From assembly GCF_003018255.1 (NCBI RefSeq), contig NZ_CP027440.1: a stretch of DNA of 64,000 nucleotides. One strand, written 5' to 3'. The DNA is from Escherichia coli (GTDB lineage Bacteria; Pseudomonadota; Gammaproteobacteria; Enterobacterales; Enterobacteriaceae). The notes beneath the pieces are model-generated. The model saw nothing but the letters and a program-made list of their open reading frames with translations. It made no database searches and had not been told where the DNA came from. The translations under genes and the position numbers were made by a program. Below are positions 1 through 11,651 of the stretch, one piece after another. Position 1 is the stretch's first letter. Each line of letters starts with the position of its first letter.

Positions 1-274
1 GCGCCGCGATCACCTGGAAAACTTCGTTAAGAGCCTGGAAGCCAATCCGAAACAGTTCCCGGATTTTGGCCCACGTCTGGCGGAAATCAAAGCGCAAACC
101 CTGATTGTCTGGGGGCGCAACGACCGCTTTGTGCCGATGGATGCGGGTCTGCGTCTGCTGTCCGGCATTGCCGGTTCTGAACTGCATATCTTCCGCGACT
201 GTGGTCACTGGGCGCAGTGGGAACATGCCGACGCTTTCAATCAACTGGTGCTGAATTTCCTCGCACGCCCTTAA
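1..274 (+). CDS. mhpC: 2-hydroxy-6-oxonona-2,4-dienedioate hydrolase, C-terminal fragment (5' end outside window)
   Basis: Open frame from window edge to TAA 272-274; C-terminus ...[12 protein letters not shown] recognised as MhpC; mhpD starts 9 bp downstream. Confidence 0.85.
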
Positions 275-2036
<1,762 letters not shown>

Positions 2037-2040
<4 letters not shown>

Positions 2041-3050
2041 ACGGTAAAAAACTTTATATCTCGGACGTCACGTTGCGTGACGGTATGCACGCCATTCGTC
2101 ATCAGTATTCATTGGAAAACGTTCGCCAGGTTGCCAAAGCACTGGACGATGCCCGCGTGGATTCGATTGAAGTGGCCCACGGCGACGGTTTGCAAGGTTC
2201 CAGCTTTAACTATGGTTTCGGCGCACATAGCGACCTTGAATGGATTGAAGCGGCGGCGGATGTGGTGAAGCACGCCAAAATCGCGACGTTGTTGCTGCCT
2301 GGAATCGGCACTATTCACGATCTGAAAAATGCCTGGCAGGCTGGCGCGCGGGTGGTTCGTGTGGCTACGCACTGTACCGAAGCTGATGTTTCCGCCCAGC
2401 ATATTCAGTATGCTCGCGAGCTCGGAATGGACACCGTTGGTTTTCTGATGATGAGCCATATGACCACGCCGGAGAATCTCGCAAAGCAGGCAAAGCTGAT
2501 GGAAGGCTACGGTGCGACCTGTATTTATGTGGTGGATTCTGGCGGTGCGATGAACATGAGCGATATCCGTGACCGTTTCCGCGCTCTGAAAGCAGTGCTG
2601 AAACCAGAAACGCAAACCGGCATACACGCTCACCATAACCTGAGTCTTGGCGTGGCGAACTCTATCGCGGCGGTGGAAGAGGGCTGCGACCGAATCGACG
2701 CCAGCCTCGCGGGAATGGGCGCGGGCGCAGGTAACGCGCCGCTGGAAGTTTTTATTGCCGCCGCGGATAAACTGGGTTGGCAGCATGGGACCGATCTCTA
2801 TGCGTTAATGGATGCCGCTGACGACCTGGTGCGTCCGTTGCAGGATCGACCGGTACGAGTCGATCGCGAAACGCTGGCGCTGGGATACGCTGGTGTTTAC
2901 TCGAGCTTCCTGCGTCACTGTGAAACGGCGGCGGCGCGTTATGGCTTAAGCGCGGTGGATATTCTCGTTGAGCTGGGCAAACGCCGGATGGTTGGCGGCC
3001 AGGAGGATATGATCGTCGACGTGGCGCTGGATCTGCGCAACAACAAATAA
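2037..3050 (+). CDS. mhpE: 4-hydroxy-2-oxovalerate aldolase
   Basis: 337 aa; recognised as MhpE; ATGA-coupled to mhpF. Confidence 0.95.
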
Positions 3051-3097
3051 TGATGACTGCCGAGAACGTGCATTTTGTATGCCCATCCCAGCACGAC

Positions 3098-3132
<35 letters not shown>

Positions 3133-3225
3133 ATTTCGCCCGTAGGCAGTCATTAAATGGTTCTGATTACGCGGCTGACAATGTATCAGCCGCGATTCAC
3201 CTGCACTCGCAACGAGGTTCATCTT

Positions 3226-4437
3226 ATGTCGACTCGTACCCCTTCATCATCTTCAACCCGCCTGATGCTGACCATCGGGCTTTGTTTTTTGGTCGCTCTG
3301 ATGGAAGGACTGGATCTTCAGGCGGCTGGCATTGCGGCGGGTGGCATCGCCCAGGCTTTCGCACTCGATAAAATGCAAATGGGCTGGATATTCAGCGCCG
3401 GAATACTCGGTTTGCTACCCGGCGCGTTGGTTGGCGGAATGCTGGCGGACCGTTATGGTCGCAAGCGCATTTTGATTGGCTCAGTTGCGCTGTTTGGTTT
3501 GTTCTCACTGGCAACGGCGATTGCCTGGGATTTCCCCTCACTGGTCTTTGCGCGGCTGATGACCGGTGTCGGGCTGGGGGCGGCGTTGCCGAATCTGATC
3601 GCCCTGACGTCTGAAGCCGCGGGTCCACGTTTTCGTGGGACGGCAGTGAGCCTGATGTATTGCGGTGTCCCCATTGGCGCGGCGCTGGCGGCGACACTGG
3701 GTTTCGCGGGGGCAAACTTAGCATGGCAAACGGTGTTTTGGGTAGGTGGTGTGGTGCCGTTGATTCTGGTGCCGCTATTAATGCGCTGGCTGCCGGAGTC
3801 GGCGGTGTTCGCTGGCGAAAAACAGGCTGCGCCACCACTGCGTGCGTTATTTGCGCCAGAAACGGCAACCGCGACGCTGCTGCTGTGGTTGTGTTATTTC
3901 TTCACTCTGCTGGTGGTCTACATGTTGATCAACTGGCTACCGCTGCTTTTGGTGGAGCAAGGATTCCAGCCATCGCAGGCGGCAGGGGTGATGTTTGCAC
4001 TGCAAATGGGGGCGGCAAGCGGGACGTTAATGTTGGGCGCATTGATGGATAAGCTGCGTCCAGTAACCATGTCGCTACTGATTTATAGCGGCATGTTAGC
4101 TTCGCTGCTGGCGCTGGGAACGGTGTCGTCATTTAACGGTATGTTGCTGGCGGGATTCGTCGCGGGGTTGTTTGCGACAGGTGGGCAAAGCGTTTTGTAT
4201 GCCCTGGCACCGTTGTTTTACAGTTCGCAGATCCGCGCAACAGGTGTGGGAACAGCCGTGGCGGTAGGGCGTCTGGGGGCTATGAGCGGTCCGTTACTGG
4301 CCGGGAAAATGCTGGCATTAGGCATTGGCACGGTTGGCGTAATGGCCGCTTCTGCGCCGGGTATTCTTGTTGCTGGCCTGGCAGTATTTATTTTGATGAG
4401 CCGGAGATCACGAATGCAGCCGTGCGCCGATGCCTGA
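3226..4437 (+). CDS. mhpT: 3-hydroxyphenylpropionate MFS transporter
   Basis: ATG 3226 preceded by gagg SD; 403 aa (track ORF from 3157 is an upstream extension); multiple hydrophobic TM segments; recognised as MhpT. Confidence 0.9.
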   Translation: MSTRTPSSSSTRLMLTIGLCFLVALMEGLDLQAAGIAAGGIAQAFALDKMQMGWIFSAGILGLLPGALVGGMLADRYGRKRILIGSVALFGLFSLATAIAWDFPSLVFARLMTGVGLGAALPNLIALTSEAAGPRFRGTAVSLMYCGVPIGAALAATLGFAGANLAWQTVFWVGGVVPLILVPLLMRWLPESAVFAGEKQAAPPLRALFAPETATATLLLWLCYFFTLLVVYMLINWLPLLLVEQGFQPSQAAGVMFALQMGAASGTLMLGALMDKLRPVTMSLLIYSGMLASLLALGTVSSFNGMLLAGFVAGLFATGGQSVLYALAPLFYSSQIRATGVGTAVAVGRLGAMSGPLLAGKMLALGIGTVGVMAASAPGILVAGLAVFILMSRRSRMQPCADA

Positions 4438-4538
4438 CGCGCCTTATTAAGCAGGGGCGAAAGGGACTTGCCCCCAATACACCTACGGCGTTTACAGGTA
4501 TACTCGCTAAAAATTATTCAGCGGGTTTGGAAACAAAG

Positions 4539-5078
4539 ATGGCAAAACTTACCTTACAAGAGCAGTTGCTCAAAGCAGGATTAGTCACCAGCAAAAAAGC
4601 GGCGAAGGTCGAGAGAACGGCGAAAAAATCGCGCGTTCAGGCGCGTGAAGCTCGGGCGGCGGTAGAAGAAAATAAAAAGGCACAGCTTGAGCGTGATAAA
4701 CAGCTTAGCGAACAGCAAAAACAAGCGGCGTTGGCGAAAGAATATAAAGCCCAGGTGAAGCAGCTCATTGAAATGAACCGAATCACCATTGCCAATGGCG
4801 ATATTGGTTTTAACTTCACTGACGGCAATCTGATTAAGAAGATTTTTGTCGATAAGCTCACACAGGCGCAGTTGATTAATGGTCGTCTGGCGATTGCCCG
4901 CTTGTTGGTCGATAACAATAGCGAAGGTGAATACGCCATTATTCCCGCCAGTGTTGCCGATAAAATTGCTCAGCGTGATGCCAGCAGTATTGTGTTGCAC
5001 AGCGCGCTCAGCGCCGAAGAGCAGGATGAAGACGATCCGTATGCCGACTTCAAAGTGCCTGATGATTTGATGTGGTAA
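4539..5078 (+). CDS. yaiL: DUF2058 family protein YaiL
   Basis: ATG 4539 (MAKLTLQEQ...), 179 aa, Lys/Glu-rich N-terminus; track ORF from 4422 overlaps the mhpT 3' end. Confidence 0.85.
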   Translation: MAKLTLQEQLLKAGLVTSKKAAKVERTAKKSRVQAREARAAVEENKKAQLERDKQLSEQQKQAALAKEYKAQVKQLIEMNRITIANGDIGFNFTDGNLIKKIFVDKLTQAQLINGRLAIARLLVDNNSEGEYAIIPASVADKIAQRDASSIVLHSALSAEEQDEDDPYADFKVPDDLMW

Positions 5079-5091
5079 ACATAGATAAGCC

Positions 5092-5300
<209 letters not shown>

Positions 5301-5304
5301 ATGC

Positions 5305-6138
5305 TCAACGCATATTCAGTTTATTGGCGTGGTACGCAATATGCTCGCCAATAAAACTGGAGACAAAATAATAGCTGTGATCATAACCCTCGTGATAACG
5401 GATTAACGTTTTGATATTCATCTCCTGGCAGATCTTTTCAAGATTTGGAGTCCGCAGCTGTTCTGCGTAAAAATCATCACTCAACCCCTGATCAACCATT
5501 ATTTCCGCAACGCGTTGACCTTGTGAAATAAGACTCACCGGATCGTAATCCAACCAGGCATCTTTATTTTCACCAAGATATGCGGTAAAGGCTTGCTGTC
5601 CCCACGGTACTTGCGATGGGGAGACAATGGGCGCAAACGCCGAGACGCTGACATATTCATCTGGGTTACGTAACGCCAGCACCAGCGCGCCCAGCCCGCC
5701 CATAGAATGACCTGAGATAGACTTTCTGGTCGTTGCCGGAAAATGTTGCATCACTAAATCCGGCAGCTCGTTGCGGATATAGTCATACATTTTGTAATGT
5801 TCATTCCACGGCGCTTGCGTTGCGTTCAGGTAAAACCCGGCACCTTGCCCGAGATCGTAACGGTCGGCATCTGCGACATGACTGCCTCGCGGACTGGTGT
5901 CTGGCGCAACAACAATAATGTTGTGCTCAGCCGCGTAACGCTGCATCCCCGATTTAGTAATGAAATTCTGCTCGTTGCAGGTCAGGCCTGAAAGCCAGTA
6001 CAACACCGGCAATTTTTCATTTGCGGCTTTTGGCGGGAGATAGACGCCGACATTCATTTCACATTTCAGTGATGGGGAATAATGCCGATACACATTTTGC
6101 CAGCCGCCAAAGCTGGCATGTTTTTCAATGAGTTCCAT
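5305..6138 (-). CDS. frmB: S-formylglutathione hydrolase
   Basis: 277 aa; GHSMGG serine-hydrolase motif; recognised as FrmB. Confidence 0.95.
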   Translation of the reverse strand: MELIEKHASFGGWQNVYRHYSPSLKCEMNVGVYLPPKAANEKLPVLYWLSGLTCNEQNFITKSGMQRYAAEHNIIVVAPDTSPRGSHVADADRYDLGQGAGFYLNATQAPWNEHYKMYDYIRNELPDLVMQHFPATTRKSISGHSMGGLGALVLALRNPDEYVSVSAFAPIVSPSQVPWGQQAFTAYLGENKDAWLDYDPVSLISQGQRVAEIMVDQGLSDDFYAEQLRTPNLEKICQEMNIKTLIRYHEGYDHSYYFVSSFIGEHIAYHANKLNMR

Positions 6139-6229
6139 CAGTCATTATCTCACGGTTAATCCCCCGGACGGCTGCCCGGGGAGAGTATTAAGAACCCCGT
6201 CTGAACTGGACGGGTAAACCTGCGGGAAA

Positions 6230-7369
<1,140 letters not shown>

Positions 7370-7373
7370 TCAG

Positions 7374-7649
7374 CTATTTAAGATAGGCACGAACCAGTTC
7401 AATAGTGTCGTCAACGGATTGGCTGACTTCGCGGCTGTAGCAGTCATTTCGGTCAAACGTTTCCCGGATATGGCTTTCAAGCACTTCTGCCATCAGTCCG
7501 TTAGCCGCGCCCCGAACGGCAGCGATCTGTTGGAGTATGGCACGGCATTCGGCATCACCCTCCAGCGACCGTTCCAGAGCATCAATCTGCCCCCGAATAC
7601 GACGAACTCGAGTAAGGACCTTTTTCTTCTCTTCCGGAGTACTGGGCAT
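7374..7649 (-). CDS. frmR: formaldehyde-responsive repressor FrmR (CsoR/RcnR family)
   Basis: ATG at 7647-7649 ([10 protein letters not shown]...), 91 aa; track ORF extends 7 codons further upstream. Confidence 0.9.
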
Positions 7650-7672
7650 TTCGCACCTCATCATCTGCACGC

Positions 7673-7726
7673 AATATACTATAGGGGGGTATGTTATATG
7701 TCAATGCATACCCCCCTATAGTATAT
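7673..7726. promoter_or_regulatory. frmRAB promoter/operator inverted repeat
   Basis: Near-perfect palindrome tatactataggggggtat ... atacccccctatagtata directly upstream of frmR, with G/C tracts typical of CsoR/RcnR-family operators. Confidence 0.7.
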
Positions 7727-7833
7727 AACACTGGAGAATAAAATTTATCCGGTGAATGTAGTCGGATAACAAAAAGTAAAGAGGGGCCTAATCGACAGGG
7801 AAGGCCGCCCCGGATAGCGGGCGGCAGAAGGAA

Positions 7834-8607
7834 TCAGAATTTCCAGGTCAGATGGGCTGCAAGTTGCAGACCGTTATAATCATCGGTTGGGGTGTCGTAC
7901 CACACTTTACCTGCCGTCAGCCCGAGATTAAGTTGCTCAGTCAGCGGTTGAATACGTTGCAAACTGACGCTCTTCATGCTGCCGTAGCGTGTTTCTGGCG
8001 TCCAGTCATAGGTGTAAGCACCTGTTCCGCGGCTTAGCCATAGTTGCGTATAACCAGTGCCGCGCGGGTCATTCAGACGCACGGAAATCATATTGCTGTA
8101 ACTACCACCTGCATCGCTGGAGTCATAATGGGTATAGCGATAGCTGGTGATCACCGGGCCTGTATAGAGGGATACGCCGCCTTGCCAGGCATCGACTTCG
8201 ACATCATCGTAATATTTAGTGTAGCGATAACCGGTCGTGAAAAGCGTTTTTGGCAACAGGGCCAGGTTAATATCCTGACGAAAATCCTGGCGGGCAAAGA
8301 CCGGCGTATTATCCGCAAAGGCAATACCCGTTCGGGTTGTCAGCCAGTTATTCCATTTATACCAGACCGCACCCTGACCGCGAGTGGCATTGAAATGTTC
8401 AGTTTCATAATCACGACGCCCCTGGGAAAGATTAAAAAGCAGCGTTGCGTTTTCAACTTTCGCCACCAGTTCAGCATACGCTAAATTACGGTTGCCATGA
8501 TCGCCAGAATAATCGGTAAAATCGTAGCCCGCGGTAATGGAAGTTAACCCGGCATAAGCGGGCAATGTGCTAAATATTGCCGCCGCTAATAACGTCCGTT
8601 TTATCAT
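7834..8607 (-). CDS. yaiO: outer-membrane beta-barrel protein YaiO
   Basis: 257 aa; signal peptide MIKRTLLAAAIFSTLPAYA; alternating aromatic/hydrophilic strands; C-terminal ...HLTWKF. Confidence 0.85.
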   Translation of the reverse strand: MIKRTLLAAAIFSTLPAYAGLTSITAGYDFTDYSGDHGNRNLAYAELVAKVENATLLFNLSQGRRDYETEHFNATRGQGAVWYKWNNWLTTRTGIAFADNTPVFARQDFRQDINLALLPKTLFTTGYRYTKYYDDVEVDAWQGGVSLYTGPVITSYRYTHYDSSDAGGSYSNMISVRLNDPRGTGYTQLWLSRGTGAYTYDWTPETRYGSMKSVSLQRIQPLTEQLNLGLTAGKVWYDTPTDDYNGLQLAAHLTWKF

Positions 8608-8608
8608 T

Positions 8609-9319
8609 TTAATCTCCTGTACGGATAAGTTCTTGTCGGAGTGAATAAGTTCCGGTAGGTAAATTACGTTCTACAACCACGCGCGGGCCAAGTTGCGTGT
8701 TCGGGGAAATAATTCGCCCAGGCAAAATAATAACTTGTACGCCAAGGCGTGAACGCTGCCCGATATAACAACCTAATTTATCGCATCCGGTAGCGATAAT
8801 TCCCTCTGGAGTTCGAACAGACACGGGCTGTTCATCCAGACGATGATTACTGGTTCGTACTTGTGCGCCCAAATATGCCTGGTTTGCAACTACCGAGTCG
8901 GCAATAAAGCATTGCGGACCAATCGTTGCTTCCGCTTCAATAACCGCATTTTTAATTTCGGTGGCAAAACCAATTTTTACGCCATTGCTGATTATTGTGC
9001 CAGGACGAATAAACGCATAATTACCTATCAGGCAGTTTGCGCCAATCACTACCGGACCCTGAATAACGGCACCGTGGCAAATACGGGTATTCGCGCCGAT
9101 AACAACCTCACCGGCACTTTCATCAATAATCACCTGGTCTGCAATCTGAATATTTTTCTCTTTAACATTAAGCTTCAGATAGTTTTTCAGTTCCTGTGAC
9201 AGAAGGGTGGGAATAAGCGGTTGACGCTTCCACCAGTGCGGAATAGCGGGTGGGTTTGTCGCGCTGAGGTTCGCGTCCAGTAAAAAAGGCAATAAGTCCA
9301 TAAATAATCCAGATGGCAT
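8609..9319 (-). CDS. yaiX: hexapeptide-repeat (left-handed beta-helix) acyltransferase-like protein; start codon uncertain
   Basis: Uninterrupted 236-codon frame; repeated [LIV]-G-x-x-x-x-I hexapeptide units (VVIGANTRICHGAVIQGPVVIGANCLIGNYAFI...); upstream end overlaps the yaiP 3' end in another frame; candidate ATGs at 9319 and 9301 lack an obvious SD. Confidence 0.7.
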   Translation of the reverse strand: MPSGLFMDLLPFLLDANLSATNPPAIPHWWKRQPLIPTLLSQELKNYLKLNVKEKNIQIADQVIIDESAGEVVIGANTRICHGAVIQGPVVIGANCLIGNYAFIRPGTIISNGVKIGFATEIKNAVIEAEATIGPQCFIADSVVANQAYLGAQVRTSNHRLDEQPVSVRTPEGIIATGCDKLGCYIGQRSRLGVQVIILPGRIISPNTQLGPRVVVERNLPTGTYSLRQELIRTGD

Positions 9320-10364
9320 AAGCTAATAATACATACACAACGGAAAGCGGTGCTAAAGGCACCAACAACCAGCAACGATGAAACCAGGCGCTAAATGCAC
9401 CAATAACACAAACTACGCCGACCCAGATAAGCGGGAACATTGCCAACACCACACCATGTGGCCCGGTGGTGATGAATTCATTAAACCAGGTAGTGAGATA
9501 AATCCCAACGCCATAAAGCACAACCAACAGCATAGGAAATATACTGAAGATACCGAAGCGGCTAAATAAAAGTCTTTTATGCAGGCGCATACAGACCGCG
9601 TAGCCCACAATCCAACGCCGCCAGCGACGCCATTCCTCACGCGGGCTGTTGCATTCCTGTGGGTATACGATGCAGCGATTCGCCTGCCGAATACGATAGC
9701 CGTTTGCCACCAATGTCCAGGTGAGATCAAGGTCTTCGACTTTAGTACGATCAGAGAAACCGAACTTACGCAATACATCAGTACGGAACATCCCGCAGGC
9801 ACCGCTGATAATAAACGGTGCGCCGCCCAGGAGCTGCTGTAGCGTGCGCTTCATAACAATCATCGGCAACTTTACGGTCGCGCGGATGTGCGGTAACAGA
9901 CCCGCGCCTTTCAACGCAGTAGAGGGAATGCCGCCTACGGCATCAGCACCGCGCTCTATTTCTGCCAGCATATAGCCCATTCCGTCTTGATCGGGCGGAA
10001 CATAGGTGTCGGCATCATTTAAAAAAACCTGATCGCAGGTGGCGTAATTGAGGCCATTCATTAGCGCACCACCTTTACCGGTATTTTTTTGCGTGACGGC
10101 AATAAAGCGGTCGCCCCATTTGCGTTTGACTTCCGCCATGACCGCTTCGGTATTGTCCGTGGAGCCGTCGTTAACGCAAATTACCCGGCAGAAATAAGGG
10201 TTACGCAGCAGATTATCCAGTGACTGCGCCAGACACGGGCCTTCGTTATAAGCAGGTATAATGGCGTCAATACAGCCTTTCTTTTGGCTGGGCTTACGCC
10301 TTAACGTACTCAGAAACCATAGCAATATTGCTACGGCCATACATATAAAGATCCAGGTTTTCAT
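9168..10364 (-). CDS. yaiP: family-2 glycosyltransferase with N- and C-terminal membrane segments
   Basis: 398 aa; DxD-like NDAD motif, REEWRRWRRW resembling the QxxRW motif of processive GT2 synthases; hydrophobic C-terminal third. Confidence 0.85.
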   Translation of the reverse strand: MKTWIFICMAVAILLWFLSTLRRKPSQKKGCIDAIIPAYNEGPCLAQSLDNLLRNPYFCRVICVNDGSTDNTEAVMAEVKRKWGDRFIAVTQKNTGKGGALMNGLNYATCDQVFLNDADTYVPPDQDGMGYMLAEIERGADAVGGIPSTALKGAGLLPHIRATVKLPMIVMKRTLQQLLGGAPFIISGACGMFRTDVLRKFGFSDRTKVEDLDLTWTLVANGYRIRQANRCIVYPQECNSPREEWRRWRRWIVGYAVCMRLHKRLLFSRFGIFSIFPMLLVVLYGVGIYLTTWFNEFITTGPHGVVLAMFPLIWVGVVCVIGAFSAWFHRCWLLVPLAPLSVVYVLLAYAIWIIYGLIAFFTGREPQRDKPTRYSALVEASTAYSHPSVTGTEKLSEA

Positions 10365-10373
10365 GCAATTTGC

Positions 10374-11060
10374 TCAAAGAATCATTTTATGAATAACAAA
10401 ACCTTCACCCAGATCGCTATTGACCTGTTGCCCGCGAAATTGAGCAACTGCACGCAGACGCTCCGGGCGCATATAATCTCGCTGGCTCTGACTTTTATGT
10501 TTTTTTAACGCAGTCAGTTTAAGAGAAAAATATTCTTCTTTCACGGATTCAAAAACCTGAGGCATAAATGAAAGCCAGGTACTTGGTGTTTCATAGCCGA
10601 GAATTTGCGGAATAGCGCGACAGGCAACCATTGAGGCTTGATAGACTGCAAGATGATCCTGATGGCGGTCAGCATCATGCATGGTATATACACGTATAAT
10701 TTCAATATCAGAGGGAATTTGATTTTTTATGATATTTTCCAGGGCAGAAATCATATCATTGAGCTGTAAATGAGCGCGGGTGTCAGCAAAATTAAGATGA
10801 ATAGTTTGGTGGCACCCTAATATCTTTAGAGCGTTGCGTGATTCTTCGTGGCGATCGATTATTCCATCTACGCCAGAATTACCGGTAGTCATCACCACGG
10901 TAGCAATATAAATTCCTTTTTGCGCAAGGCGAGCTAGCGATGCGCCACAGCCTAATTCTATATCGTCAGGATGCGCGCCAATGGCAAGGATACCCTTTCT
11001 TTTATTTGCCGAAGAAAGGATCGCTGAATCTAAAACCTTATCCACTTTATGACACTCCAT
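10374..11060 (-). CDS. yaiS: PIG-L/LmbE-family deacetylase
   Basis: 228 aa; GAHPDDIELGCG zinc-deacetylase signature near N-terminus. Confidence 0.85.
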   Translation of the reverse strand: MECHKVDKVLDSAILSSANKRKGILAIGAHPDDIELGCGASLARLAQKGIYIATVVMTTGNSGVDGIIDRHEESRNALKILGCHQTIHLNFADTRAHLQLNDMISALENIIKNQIPSDIEIIRVYTMHDADRHQDHLAVYQASMVACRAIPQILGYETPSTWLSFMPQVFESVKEEYFSLKLTALKKHKSQSQRDYMRPERLRAVAQFRGQQVNSDLGEGFVIHKMIL

Positions 11061-11651
11061 TTTATTTATTATACTACAAGCACAACGACGCCCGCAGAGA
11101 CGTAACCTCTGACGCAGACAGATGCTAATTTTTAAGTGTTAAAAATAGCTGATAGCTGAAAAACAAGGGGCTGCCAGGTACGGGGATAAGACTGTATAAT
11201 CTTTATGTAGTTCATATGTTAAGTGTTTGTGTGTTTGGTTTGTATGGTTATTTTGTTTTATATATTGTATTTAAATGTGATTTAGTTTGTCAATTAATTG
11301 CATATTAAAAATATGTTCTATGCACAAATATGGGTTATATACATTATGTGAATGTATTATGTGGTTGATTGAGAATGATACAGTTATATATGCAATGTGA
11401 ATATAATGGTTTCATTATATGTATTGCTGTTAATAAAATAAAAGACATTATAATCTGCTTGTTTATGCATTAATAAAATGAAGTGCAGTAACTTACTGAA
11501 TTGTCAGAGTGGGTGTAATTGCATATTTAATCTTTCCTTTGCCACTTTTTCGCTAAGAATAAAATCATCTGTGCGATAACAACTAATTCTTTTAATGAAT
11601 GTTTTTATTCCTGAATACTGCTCCCATAACAAGACAGGGGAGCAGACAATC

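Noticed and set aside
2109-2786. 225-codon minus-strand ORF antisense to mhpE
   Set aside because: Shadow ORF within mhpE; translation lacks any recognisable domain.
3157-3225. N-terminal extensions of track ORFs (for example mhpT from 3157, yaiL from 4422, tauA from 11595, proC to 31064, yaiI from 30956, rdgC to 35400, mak from 35315, araJ to 37768, sbcD to 42194, yajC from 52456, secF from 54659, yajD from 55736, tsx to 57122, yajI to 57972, ribE from 59612)
   Set aside because: In each case an internal start codon with a better Shine-Dalgarno gives the recognised N-terminus, and the extension usually overlaps the neighbouring gene or a terminator; the longest-ORF starts are artefacts of the ORF caller.
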